A DNA stretch of 64,000 nucleotides from Phototrophicaceae bacterium (GCA_965197455.1 OZ240208.1:1842153-1906152); one strand, 5' to 3'. Shown: positions 34,804 to 43,700, counted from the first letter of the stretch. Made by a program: numbers and translations. Notes: generated by a model not told the origin, from the sequence alone.

Positions 34804-36234
34804 TCAGCAGCCGAGGTAAAGCTCGAATTCGTAGGGATGCGGGCGCATGGAGACCGCGTCGGCCTCGTTGACGCGCTTGTAGTCAATGTAGGACTCGATG
34901 ATGTCCCCGGTGAAGACGCCGCCCTGCAGCAGGAAGTCGTGGTCGGCTTCAAGCGCATCCAGCACCGCGTGGAGGTTGCCCGGTACCACCGGGGTTTCCA
35001 CGTCCTCTTCGTAGAGATCGACATCAACCGGGTCGCCCGGATCGATCTTGTTGGCAATGCCGTCGAGCCCGGCCAGCAGCAACGCCGGCAAGGTGTAGTA
35101 GCAGTTGGCGGCCGGGTCCGGGAAGCGCACCTCGACGCGCTTGGCCCTGGGGTTGTTGCTGTAGACCGGAATGCGAATGGCGGCCGAGCGGTTACGGTTG
35201 GAATAGACGAGGTTCACCGGCGCTTCGTAGCCCGGCACCAGACGACGGTAGCTGTTGGTGATGGGGTTGGTGAAGGCCAGCAGCGCCGCGGCATGCTTCA
35301 GGATGCCGCCCATATACCACAGCGCCGTCTGGCTGAGGTTGGCGTAACCATCGCCGAAGAAGAGCGGCACGCCATCTTTCCACAGGCTCTGGTGCACGTG
35401 CATGCCGGAGCCATTCTCCTCGAAGAGCGGTTTGGGCATGAAGGTGGCGATCAGGTTGTGCTGCTGTGCGACGTTCTTGACGACGTACTTGTAGACGCCC
35501 ACCGCGTCGCACATCTCAAGCAGCGGCTTGTATTTCAGGTCAATCTCCGCCTGGGCACCACCGCCCACCTCATGATGATGCACCTCGACATCAATGCCCA
35601 GCGCCAGCATGGTCGCAACCATGTCCGCGCGCACATCCTGGGTCTTGTCCAGCGGCGGCAATGGGAAGTAGCCCTGCTTGATAGGGTTCAGGTAGCTCAT
35701 GTCGGGATCTGATTTGGCGCTGTTCCAGAAGCCCTCGTGCGAGTCAACTTCGTAGTAGCTTTTGTACTCGTTGATCTCATAGCGCACATTGCTGAACATG
35801 AAGAATTCCAGCTCGGGGCCGAAGTAGGCCGTGTCCGCGAGATCCATGCCCGCGAGATATGCCTCGGCGCGACGGGCGACGCCACGTGGGTCACGGCCGT
35901 AGGGCTCGCCCTGCACAGGATCGTAGACGTCGCAGACGAAGGAAAGCGTCTTGCGCGCGAAGAAGGGATCGACCAGGGCCGTGTTCAGATCCGCTCTCAA
36001 AATGAGGTCGGACTGTTCGATGCTCTGGAAGCCGCGCACAGAGGAGCCGTCAAAGCCGAAGCCATCCGCAAACAGGCCAGCGTCAGCACTCCCCAGGGGC
36101 ATGCTGAAATGCTGGGTCATACCGCGAATGTCAGTGAAGCGGATGTCAAGGGCCTCCACTCCGTTCGCACTGGCCCAGCCCAGTAGCTCCTCGGGTGAAG
36201 CCTTGGCCTCTTCGGGCACTGTATAATCCATCAT
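34804..36234 (-). CDS. glnA: Glutamine synthetase, type I
   Basis: 476 aa. Motifs FDGSSVRGF, GSGMHVHQSLW, NSYRRLVPGYEAP and RIPVYSNNPRAKRVEVRFPD. AGGGAG RBS. Confidence 0.95.
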   Translation of the reverse strand: MMDYTVPEEAKASPEELLGWASANGVEALDIRFTDIRGMTQHFSMPLGSADAGLFADGFGFDGSSVRGFQSIEQSDLILRADLNTALVDPFFARKTLSFVCDVYDPVQGEPYGRDPRGVARRAEAYLAGMDLADTAYFGPELEFFMFSNVRYEINEYKSYYEVDSHEGFWNSAKSDPDMSYLNPIKQGYFPLPPLDKTQDVRADMVATMLALGIDVEVHHHEVGGGAQAEIDLKYKPLLEMCDAVGVYKYVVKNVAQQHNLIATFMPKPLFEENGSGMHVHQSLWKDGVPLFFGDGYANLSQTALWYMGGILKHAAALLAFTNPITNSYRRLVPGYEAPVNLVYSNRNRSAAIRIPVYSNNPRAKRVEVRFPDPAANCYYTLPALLLAGLDGIANKIDPGDPVDVDLYEEDVETPVVPGNLHAVLDALEADHDFLLQGGVFTGDIIESYIDYKRVNEADAVSMRPHPYEFELYLGC

Positions 36235-36512
36235 CGCTCTGCTCCCTGTTGGCTAATGTGCATAGACTTTACGGCACTGTGCGATTATAGACAAGAGTCT
36301 GCGCATCGTTAGCCAAAACTCTGACAAAAAGTTTACGGTCACTCTGTTAACTTTACCCAATTTGCGGAATTGGCTTTCCCGGCGCAGCGCGGCGCGAATC
36401 GTGGTAGACTTTCGCGGCGGTGCATATAATTAAGGGGCAATGCCCTTTGCGCGGCACACACAAGCGATTGCGGGCCTGATTGCAGGCCTTGCAGGGAAAA
36501 CCAGGAGGAAGT

Positions 36513-38126
36513 ATGCGACGTATTCTGTTTTTGGCCATCGCACTGGCCCTGCTGTTGCCGGTCGCGGCTGCGTCCGCGCAAACCGTCCACACGGTCCAGC
36601 GCGGTCAGACTCTTTATTCCATTGGCATGCGTTACGGGGTGACTGTCGCAGAGATTCTCGCGGCCAACCCCTCACTGGGAACAGTCATCCACGCTGGCAA
36701 TCAGCTGATCATCCCGGTTCCCGGCCAGCCGGCGGCCCCCGTCCCCACGGCCCCACAACCCGGGCAGCCAACCACTGAAGTTCGACACACAGTCGCAGTC
36801 GGCGAGTATCTGGGCCTGATTGCCGAGCGTTATGACGTGCTCGTCGCTGATATCCTCCGTCACAACAATGTCGCCAATCCGGATCTCGTCTACCCCGGCA
36901 CCGTGCTCATCATTCCGGGCGTGGTGGTCGAAGCTGCACCGGCCCCGGTCACAACTACAACTGAGACGCAGCCGACCGGCGAGGTTCAGCATATCGTCGC
37001 AGTCGGCGAATATCTGGGCCTGATTGCCGAACGCTACGATGTACTTGTTGCTGACATTCTCCGACGCAACAACATCGCCAACCCGGATCTTGTCTACCCC
37101 GGCACCGTGCTCATCATCCCGGGCGTGGCGCCTGAAACGCCGGCGCCAGCGCCAGCGCCTGATACACCAGCGCCCATCGTCGCACCCGCTGTCGGCGGTG
37201 GCTTTGCGCTTGGCGGACAGGCGCTCAGCTTCGCCTGGCCACACCATATGCACGCAGCGCGCATGACCTGGGTCAAGCGCCAGGTGCGCTATCACCAGGG
37301 CGACAACGCCGGTAACGTGCGCGGCGTGATCGACCAGGCGCATGGCGCAGGCTTCCGCGTGCTGCTCAGCATCGTCGGTGAGCCGGGCCAGATGGCGCCC
37401 AATCCCGCTGGCTACACCCAGGAATTTGTCAACTTCCTGGGCGGTGTGGCATCGCTGGGCCCGGATGCCATCGAGGTCTGGAACGAGCAAAACATCGATC
37501 GAGAATGGCCCAACGGGCAGATTAGCCCGCAGGCCTACACCTCCATGCTCAGTGCCGCCTACAACGCCATCAAGGGCGCCAACGCCAACGTGATGGTCAT
37601 CAGCGGCGCGCCGGCACCCACCGGCTTCTTCGGTGGCGGCTGTCAGGGGTCCGGTTGTGACGACCTGCCCTTCATTCAGGGTATGGCCGCAGCCGGCGCC
37701 GCCAACTACATGGACTGTGTCGGTGTGCACTACAACGAAGGCATTCTCGGCCCCGACGCCCGTAGTGGTGACCCGCGCGGCAGCGGCGGACACTATACGC
37801 GCTACTACTCACGGATGTTCGAAACCTACGCCGCCACCTTCCCCGGCAAACCGCTCTGCTTCACCGAGCTTGGCTACCTGAGCAGAGAGGGCTACGGCCC
37901 GCTGCCGGGCGCCTTCGGCTGGGCGGCCAACGTCACCGTCGCCAACCAGGCGGAATGGCTCGGGCGCGCGGTCACCCTGGCGCGCAACAGCGGTCGTGTG
38001 CGTTTGTTCATCGTCTGGAACGTCGACGCCACGCGCTTCGACTCGGATCCGCAGGCCGGCTACGCCATCGTGCGGCCCGGCGGGAACTGTCCCGCCTGTG
38101 GCCCGCTGGCAGCAGCCATGTCCTGA
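36513..38126 (+). CDS. Secreted protein with three LysM domains plus a clan GH-A (GH5-like) TIM-barrel glycosidase domain
   Basis: ATG 36513 follows AGGAGG. Signal peptide MRRILFLAIALALLLPVAAASA. Three LysM units (HTVQRGQTLYSIGMRYGV..., and VAVGEYLGLIAERYDV... twice). Catalytic-type motifs EVWNEQN and CFTELGY. Confidence 0.85.
   Translation: MRRILFLAIALALLLPVAAASAQTVHTVQRGQTLYSIGMRYGVTVAEILAANPSLGTVIHAGNQLIIPVPGQPAAPVPTAPQPGQPTTEVRHTVAVGEYLGLIAERYDVLVADILRHNNVANPDLVYPGTVLIIPGVVVEAAPAPVTTTTETQPTGEVQHIVAVGEYLGLIAERYDVLVADILRRNNIANPDLVYPGTVLIIPGVAPETPAPAPAPDTPAPIVAPAVGGGFALGGQALSFAWPHHMHAARMTWVKRQVRYHQGDNAGNVRGVIDQAHGAGFRVLLSIVGEPGQMAPNPAGYTQEFVNFLGGVASLGPDAIEVWNEQNIDREWPNGQISPQAYTSMLSAAYNAIKGANANVMVISGAPAPTGFFGGGCQGSGCDDLPFIQGMAAAGAANYMDCVGVHYNEGILGPDARSGDPRGSGGHYTRYYSRMFETYAATFPGKPLCFTELGYLSREGYGPLPGAFGWAANVTVANQAEWLGRAVTLARNSGRVRLFIVWNVDATRFDSDPQAGYAIVRPGGNCPACGPLAAAMS
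36777..37128 (+). repeat. Tandem duplication of a LysM-encoding unit (two units of about 148 nt, spaced 204 nt apart)
   Basis: Unit A 36777..36924 and unit B 36981..37128 are near-identical in protein (EV.H.VAVGEYLGLIAERYDVLVADILR.NN.ANPDLVYPGTVLIIPGV). The DNA differs mainly at synonymous positions. Confidence 0.85.
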
Positions 38127-38136
38127 GGCAACACAA

Positions 38137-38199
38137 CCCGGGCTGCGGCCCGGGCCTGCAATCTGGCAGGGCGCTCCGTGCGGGGCGCCCTGTTCGTTT
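38137..38199 (+). terminator. Two tandem hairpins downstream of the LysM-glycosidase gene
   Basis: Hairpin 1: cccgggc-tgcg-gcccggg (38137-38154). Hairpin 2: cagggcgc...gcgccctg (38167-38192), followed by ttcgttta. Confidence 0.6.
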
Positions 38200-38218
38200 A
38201 TCCGGCCGGCGGGAGGAG

Positions 38219-38404
38219 TCAGCGCAACCTGGCCAGCAGCGCGAACAGGATGACGAGGGCCAGCAGGATGGTGGCAACGGCGCGCCAGCTGCGCGCGCCC
38301 CGAATCATGCCGATGACTACATGTCCGGCGGCAAACACGATGATGAGCGAACACAGGTACAGCTGTTTACCGTTGGCGGAGAGGTCGGACTGGATCGGAT
38401 TCAT
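38219..38404 (-). CDS. Small hydrophobic protein (about 61 aa, two predicted TM segments)
   Basis: ORF 38219..38419. ATG 38404 (MNPIQSD) is the likely start. Hydrophobic segments LYLCSLIIVFAAGHVVIGMI and AVATILLALVILFALLA. Weak RBS. Lies 64 nt downstream of the preceding gene. Confidence 0.4.
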   Translation of the reverse strand: MNPIQSDLSANGKQLYLCSLIIVFAAGHVVIGMIRGARSWRAVATILLALVILFALLARLR

Positions 38405-38468
38405 CTGACAGCGTCTCACTCAAGCAGGAAAGTGGCCGGCCTTCCGCCCGGGCGCATGGCCCGAAGTG

Positions 38469-39146
38469 TCAGCCGGGGGCGGGCGTCGTGGGGGCCAGCA
38501 GGGTCAGCGCCTGGCTCACCAGAAAGCCGAGACGTTCGCTGAAAATGGTCAGGCTGGTCAGGATGGCCGCCGCGTAGATCGCGCCCAGCGTGATGACGAT
38601 GATGCCCTGCCCCAGCACCGCCAGCAGCTGGACGTGCGGCCGGCGTCGCCCTGGCCCCTCCGGCTGGCGCCGCGCCTGATACTGAAAGTAGGCGAGGGTG
38701 CAGATCACGCCGACGGGCAGCAGGATACTGCTGATGTTGCCCGGAACGACCCCTGCGCCGGTGTCGCGCAGTAGCGGCAACAAAGTGCCGTTGATGGCGC
38801 CGTCCAGCGCCACCGCCGTCCCCACCCCGATGAGAAAGGCCAGCGCCAGCCGGCTCAATCCCGCACCGCGCGGCGACCCGGACCTGGCCAGCAACAGCAG
38901 GCCCAACAGCACAGGCGTCATCCCCAGGGTCAGCTGATCCACAGGCGCGTTCGTTTGCAACACTGTGTCTTGCAACCAGGGCAGAATGACCCCGTCCCAG
39001 ACCACGATGGCGCTGTAGCCGGCGGCCAGTCCTGCAAAGACATACACCGCCAGTCTGTACAGCAGATTGTCGCCCAGCAGGTAACTGAAAATCATCAGCG
39101 TAAGGATGAAGGACGCCCAAAGGCCAATCATCTCGGTGCTAATCAT
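38469..39146 (-). CDS. Polytopic integral membrane protein, unknown function
   Basis: 225 aa with about 6 hydrophobic segments. 8-nt overlap with the upstream gene. Chosen over the alternative-frame ORF 38416..39120, which is Arg/Gly-rich. Confidence 0.7.
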   Translation of the reverse strand: MISTEMIGLWASFILTLMIFSYLLGDNLLYRLAVYVFAGLAAGYSAIVVWDGVILPWLQDTVLQTNAPVDQLTLGMTPVLLGLLLLARSGSPRGAGLSRLALAFLIGVGTAVALDGAINGTLLPLLRDTGAGVVPGNISSILLPVGVICTLAYFQYQARRQPEGPGRRRPHVQLLAVLGQGIIVITLGAIYAAAILTSLTIFSERLGFLVSQALTLLAPTTPAPG

Positions 39147-41295
39147 CCCGGCGCGCCCTCCTCCTGCGCCTTACAGCGCCGCCCATATTGCCGAGCGCGC
39201 CCAGCGCGATCAACGCAATGCTGAGCGCCAGGCCGATGTGGATAGAGGCTTCCCGTTCCACAGCCTGCGGGATCGTCCCTGATGCGGCCGCATCCGCTGG
39301 CGCCTGGGCCGCCTCCACGCTTTCAGGTTGCGGCGCCGCAATCGTCGGCGTTGGCAGCGGCGTCGTGGTTGGCAATGGCGTGGGGGAGACAGGCGTCTCC
39401 TGCCGCGGCACGTCCTCAATGCTGTACGCGCCCAGGTCCAGACTGGCGCCCGGCAGCCAGCCACGCAGGCCGCCGTTGGTCTGAACGAAGAGCCAGTCGC
39501 CCGCCCCGTTGCGCAGCAGCACCAGCACGGTGTCCCCCGGGTTCACCGCGCCGACCGCCGGCGAGCTCAAATCTGCAGCGCTAAAGAGCGAGAGCACAGC
39601 GGCCAGCGGCGACACGGTGCCGGGGACGATGCCCGCTGTCGCCGCCGCTGCTGACGCTGCCGCGGACTGCTGGCTGGCTGCCTGCGCCTGCGCGCCGGCC
39701 ACCGGCACGACCGTCTCCGCAGCGCTCCAGTTGCCGTCGCCGGCGAGATTGCGGGCGCGCACCTGGAATTCGTAGGTCTCGTCATTGCTGAGTCCCGTCG
39801 CCGTGTAGGTCGTCGTGGTCGTGTCTGCGAAGCGCCAGTCCTCTGTGCCGGTGCGCCAACGCAGCCGGTAGCCGGTGACGGCCGAGCCGCCGTCGTCGGA
39901 GGGCTCGCGCCAGCTGGCCGTCGCGCGCTCGTCGCCAACGCTCAGGTCAAGCGAGCGAGGCCGCGACGGGACAGTCCGCGGCGCGTCAGTAATCTCTTCA
40001 CTCCAGCCACTGTCGCCCTCGCTGTTGCTGGCGCGCACCTGGATATCGTAAGGTGTGCCGTTATCAAGACCCGCCAGGGTGAAACTTGTGTCCGTGCTGG
40101 CTATAGCAACTTCCACCCATACCTGGTGCGGGGTAGACAGGTGACGAATGGTGTAGCCGGTGATTGGAGCGCCTCCGTCAGACAGGGGCGGATCCCAGGT
40201 CAGGTCGATGCTGTCATCGAGACTTGTCGCCCCCAGGTTTCTGGGCGCCGAGGGCGGACCGACGATTACCTCAAGCTCCAGCAGCTGCTTGTCATAGGTC
40301 AGCGCATCGCGGAAGCCGCTCATCATGCCCGCCAGCGCCACATTCAGCCAGGGTCGGGTCAGCGGCGCGGCAGACTGCCCCACCGCGCCCAGCAGCTCGC
40401 TGTCGGCGAGGGGCCCGATCTGCTCGGCCCACTGCCGCATGTCGCCGGGCCGCTCGACGATGACGAGCACGCGCGCGAAATCCGCCAGTTCGTTTACTTC
40501 CAGGTCGATGGCCGTGCCGCGCAGGTCCGTGGCCAGCTGTTTTTCCAGGTTCAGGGTCAGCGCGCGCAGGCCCGCCATGTCGCCGGCGAGGAAGCGCGTC
40601 ACAAACCAGTCCGCATTGGCCAGCAGCGCCCCGTCGCGCTCCAGCCGCTGCGCCAGCGATGAATCCGCCGCGCCCGCTTCCGTCAGCATGAGCTCTGTTC
40701 GCAACAGCGTGACCGGGTAGCGACTGACCACGACCGGCACGGCGCGCCGCAGCAGAATGTGACGCAGCAACACCGAGGCGACCGTGTCCAGCTCGCCGGC
40801 GGCGGTCGGGCCATATTCCATGCCGACCAGCACCAGTTCACCAGGTGCCAGCGCATCAAGCGCCTCGTAGAGCGTTTGTTGCGGGCTGTCGGCGGGAAAT
40901 GCAGCCGGGGCGCTTTCGCCCAGGCGCGTCTCCGCGCTGTAGAAGGGCAGCAGCATACCGGTAGCCAGCACCAGCGAGACGAGGATACGGTCGCCGCTCA
41001 GGCGCAGGCGGGGGCGCCGGCGCCGGCCAGGCGCAGCGCTGGCGACGGCCCCGACAGCGGGCGCAAAAACGTTGGGCACAGACGAGGGGTCGCGCCGGCC
41101 CAACTGTTCGCTGCGCGCGCGCAGCCGGCGCATCCTGCGGGTCAGGCGGTTAAGCGGACGATCACGCAACTGGCCGAGCAAGGCATGCAGGGGAGAGGTA
41201 GTGGAAGGGTCTCCGGCCCAGGCCGCAGGGTTCTGGCCGCTGTCACCAGGCGACCAGGGGTCGTCGCCGCTGCCCTGCCCGTAGGCGTCAGTCAT
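39139..41295 (-). CDS. Bitopic/doubly anchored envelope protein: Arg-rich N-terminus, TM, unassigned domain of about 270 aa, two FN3 domains, Ala-rich linker, SH3b-like domain, Pro/Thr linker, C-terminal TM plus basic tail
   Basis: 718 aa. FN3 signatures PRNLGATSLDDSIDLTWDPPLSDGGAPITGYTIR and PRSLDLSVGDERATASWREPSDDGGSAVTGYRLRW. SH3b-like GDTVLVLLRNGAGDWLFVQTNGGLRGWLP. C-terminal IHIGLALSIALIALGALGNMGGAVRRRRRARRDD. Confidence 0.8.
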   Translation of the reverse strand: MTDAYGQGSGDDPWSPGDSGQNPAAWAGDPSTTSPLHALLGQLRDRPLNRLTRRMRRLRARSEQLGRRDPSSVPNVFAPAVGAVASAAPGRRRRPRLRLSGDRILVSLVLATGMLLPFYSAETRLGESAPAAFPADSPQQTLYEALDALAPGELVLVGMEYGPTAAGELDTVASVLLRHILLRRAVPVVVSRYPVTLLRTELMLTEAGAADSSLAQRLERDGALLANADWFVTRFLAGDMAGLRALTLNLEKQLATDLRGTAIDLEVNELADFARVLVIVERPGDMRQWAEQIGPLADSELLGAVGQSAAPLTRPWLNVALAGMMSGFRDALTYDKQLLELEVIVGPPSAPRNLGATSLDDSIDLTWDPPLSDGGAPITGYTIRHLSTPHQVWVEVAIASTDTSFTLAGLDNGTPYDIQVRASNSEGDSGWSEEITDAPRTVPSRPRSLDLSVGDERATASWREPSDDGGSAVTGYRLRWRTGTEDWRFADTTTTTYTATGLSNDETYEFQVRARNLAGDGNWSAAETVVPVAGAQAQAASQQSAAASAAAATAGIVPGTVSPLAAVLSLFSAADLSSPAVGAVNPGDTVLVLLRNGAGDWLFVQTNGGLRGWLPGASLDLGAYSIEDVPRQETPVSPTPLPTTTPLPTPTIAAPQPESVEAAQAPADAAASGTIPQAVEREASIHIGLALSIALIALGALGNMGGAVRRRRRARRDD

Positions 41296-41974
41296 CGCGC
41301 TCGCTCCGCAGGCTACGGTCCTGCCCGGTGAGGACGCGGGCGCCGGCGATGATGGTGGCCAGCGCGATGCCCAGCAGGATGCCGCGGGCGCCGGCGTTGA
41401 CCGGCACCGCCAGCAGCCAGTCGCGCAAGGGAATCAGCGGCGCCAAAACCGGCAGGGGCAGCGCAGCCGCCAGCACGATGAGCACGGTGAAGACGAAGAG
41501 CGAGCCCCAGCCACTGACGCGAACGGCCATCACGCGCCAGGCGCCATACACCAGCGCGAACAGCAGCAGCCCGGCCAGCGAGGATTCGACCGTGACCTGC
41601 ACCTGTTCCAGCAGCAGGTCGCGCCATACCGCACCGCCGGTAATCAGATTCTCGCGCTCCAGGTAGGTCAGCGCAATGACCGTCGCGGCGCTGAGGAAGA
41701 GCAGGAAGCTGTAACCGCAGCCGGTTTCGCGCCGGCCGGCGCGCCGCAGATGTACCAGCAACAGGTTGGAGATACCGACCAGAATGGTCACGGCAATGCT
41801 GATCGAGAACAACTGCAGCAGCGAGGCCGTCCACTCCAGAATACGCGGCTCCCAGGCCGCCAGCAAGCCGCCCAGCACCACTACCTGCTGCTCCAGCAAC
41901 AGGCCGGTCAGCGTCACCAGCGCGGTGGCCAGCGCAACGAGCACTGCGACCAGCGTGAAGAAACTGCCCATCAT
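41288..41974 (-). CDS. Polytopic integral membrane protein, unknown function
   Basis: 228 aa with about 6 hydrophobic segments. 4-nt overlap upstream and 8-nt overlap downstream. Preferred over the alternative-frame ORF 41313..41993, which is Arg/Gly/Ala-rich. Confidence 0.7.
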   Translation of the reverse strand: MMGSFFTLVAVLVALATALVTLTGLLLEQQVVVLGGLLAAWEPRILEWTASLLQLFSISIAVTILVGISNLLLVHLRRAGRRETGCGYSFLLFLSAATVIALTYLERENLITGGAVWRDLLLEQVQVTVESSLAGLLLFALVYGAWRVMAVRVSGWGSLFVFTVLIVLAAALPLPVLAPLIPLRDWLLAVPVNAGARGILLGIALATIIAGARVLTGQDRSLRSERDD

Positions 41975-42753
41975 GCCGTGGAGGCTCCGCCACTGTAAGC
42001 CAGGAGCACCAGCGCGACCAGCGCAGCGATCAGCAGCCAGCGCAGCGTATCCTGCAACAGCACGGCCGAATGGTTGCCGGAAGTCGGGTTCAGCCAGGCG
42101 CCGGCGTAGAAGAGCTCCTCGCCGATCAGGGGCTCAGCACCGGTCGCCCAGGCCACTGCCTGCCCGTCCAGCTGGTCGCTGACGGCCAGCAAGGCCTGGC
42201 CGTGCCGCGCCGCCGCCAGGCTGACCAGCGCCAGTTCCGGCCCGAAACTGCCGACCAGCAGGTTGGCGCCGACGTCTTCATTGCCCATCAGCGCGCTCGT
42301 CGCGCCGGCCCAGGCCAGCGAACGCGGCCCGTCCGGGAACCAGCGCAGCGTGCCGGGCAACATGCTACCGGCAAAGCCGCGCGCCCGTTGCGCCCGTCGC
42401 AATGTATCGTAGCCAAGCGGAATCATCGTGGTGGCGCTGGTGGTCAGGATGACCGGGCCCTGCGCCTGGCGCGCCGCCTGATAAACGACCTCCGCGCCCG
42501 CCAGCGCCACCAGCGTGTCGCTGCCCTGCAGGCCGGCGCTGCCCGTGGATAGATGCACGGGGCGTCCCTGGTTGGCGCTGCGCTCAAGCATTCGCGGCAG
42601 TGCCTCCCAGGCGGCAACGCGTCGCAGACTGCGCGCGCTGCGGCGTGTGACGGCCACAGAAGACATGCCGAGGCCCAGCGCGACCAGCAAGGGCAGCACC
42701 AAGCTGGCGTTTTGCTCAAGCAGGGTCAGAAGTGGTTCGAGCGACGCCATCAA
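41971..42753 (-). CDS. Membrane-anchored protein of unknown function (N- and C-terminal TM segments flanking a domain of about 200 aa)
   Basis: 260 aa. N-terminal SLVLPLLVALGLGMSSVAV and C-terminal WLLIAALVALVLLAY flank a soluble-looking core. ATGA overlaps at both ends. Confidence 0.7.
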   Translation of the reverse strand: MMASLEPLLTLLEQNASLVLPLLVALGLGMSSVAVTRRSARSLRRVAAWEALPRMLERSANQGRPVHLSTGSAGLQGSDTLVALAGAEVVYQAARQAQGPVILTTSATTMIPLGYDTLRRAQRARGFAGSMLPGTLRWFPDGPRSLAWAGATSALMGNEDVGANLLVGSFGPELALVSLAAARHGQALLAVSDQLDGQAVAWATGAEPLIGEELFYAGAWLNPTSGNHSAVLLQDTLRWLLIAALVALVLLAYSGGASTA

Positions 42754-42983
42754 CGGTCGCTTTCCAGCATAGTACGCAGGCGCTCAACGCCGTCCGGCTC
42801 CTGCAGAATCTCGGCCAGACGCCCGGTGACCGCCGCTGCGCCGAACAGGCCACAGAGTGGCTGTGCGACCCACAGGAGCTGTGCGCCTGGCACGCCCAGC
42901 GGCTCGATTACGTCCAGCAGAAGCCGCAGCGGGCCGCCCAGACCGCGCGCCTGCAACTCGCGTATCCAGTCCTGCTCGGTCAT
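42750..42983 (-). CDS. Small protein (77 aa), unknown function; first gene of the membrane operon
   Basis: ATG 42983. The stop overlaps the next start (ATGA). No Shine-Dalgarno sequence. A TATACT box ends 7 nt upstream of the ATG. Confidence 0.55.
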   Translation of the reverse strand: MTEQDWIRELQARGLGGPLRLLLDVIEPLGVPGAQLLWVAQPLCGLFGAAAVTGRLAEILQEPDGVERLRTMLESDR

Positions 42984-42990
42984 GGGCGCA

Positions 42991-43018
42991 AGTATAGCAC
43001 AGGCACATACGCCGCAAA
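42991..43018 (-). promoter_or_regulatory. Candidate promoter giving a leaderless or near-leaderless transcript for the 42983 operon
   Basis: Minus strand reads TTTGCG, a 16-nt spacer, then TATACT (plus-strand agtata 42991-42996). The -10 box ends 7 nt before ATG 42983. Confidence 0.35.
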
Positions 43019-43084
43019 ATCAGACGCCCTCTCGCATTCCGCGTGGCCAGCCCGCCCGGCGACCCCACCACCCTGGCGGCGCGC

Positions 43085-43114
43085 TTGACAGCTCGCGCGA
43101 CTCTCCCCTATCAT
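43085..43114 (+). promoter_or_regulatory. Candidate sigma70-type promoter for yceD-like gene
   Basis: TTGACA (43085-43090), an 18-nt spacer, then TATCAT (43109-43114). It lies about 30 nt upstream of ATG 43146. Confidence 0.5.
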
Positions 43115-43145
43115 TTCGGCACAGTCATTTCTGCGATGAACGAAT

Positions 43146-43700
43146 ATGAGCGCAGCGTCACATCCCCTCAGCCAGCGCATGTTACGACTCAACGTCGGCG
43201 ACATCACCGGCGCCGGGCCCGGTTACAGCCAAGACGCCAGCTTCGATCTGCCTGCCCTGCATGTCGCCGGGGACCTGGCGCTGGAATTCCTGCGCGGCCC
43301 CTTTCGCCTCAGCCGCACACGCGAGGGCGTGCTGCTACAGGGACAGCTGCTGGCAGGTCTGCGCGGCGATTGCAGCCGCTGCCTGACGCCAACGCTGGCG
43401 CAGCTTCCCTTGCAGCTGGAAGAGCTCTACAGCTATCCCGTGGCGTCGGGCGTGGAGTTCAGCGTCGGCGAGGATGGCATGCTCGACCTGGCGCCGCTGC
43501 TGCGCGCCGAAGTGCTCATCGCCAGCGTGCACGGCCTGCTCTGCATGGCAGAATGCCGCGGCCTTTGCCCCCTGTGCGGCGCCAACCGCAACCAGACGGA
43601 CTGCGACTGCGACCGCGATGAGCTGGACCCGCGCATGGCCGCCCTGCGACAGTTGCTGGACGACGCCCCCGTCGCGCAGGGGCCGGATCGCGAAGCATGA
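43146..43700 (+). CDS. yceD: YceD/DUF177 family protein
   Basis: 184 aa. Characteristic Cys motifs CSRCL and CRGLCPLCGANRNQTDCDC near the C-terminus. Confidence 0.85.
   Translation: MSAASHPLSQRMLRLNVGDITGAGPGYSQDASFDLPALHVAGDLALEFLRGPFRLSRTREGVLLQGQLLAGLRGDCSRCLTPTLAQLPLQLEELYSYPVASGVEFSVGEDGMLDLAPLLRAEVLIASVHGLLCMAECRGLCPLCGANRNQTDCDCDRDELDPRMAALRQLLDDAPVAQGPDREA

Noticed and set aside
36235-36512. TnrA/GlnR-type operator (TGTNAN7TNACA) or glutamine riboswitch upstream of glnA
   Set aside because: No match to the operator consensus was found on either strand. The short leader of about 50 nt shows no glnA-RNA-like structure.
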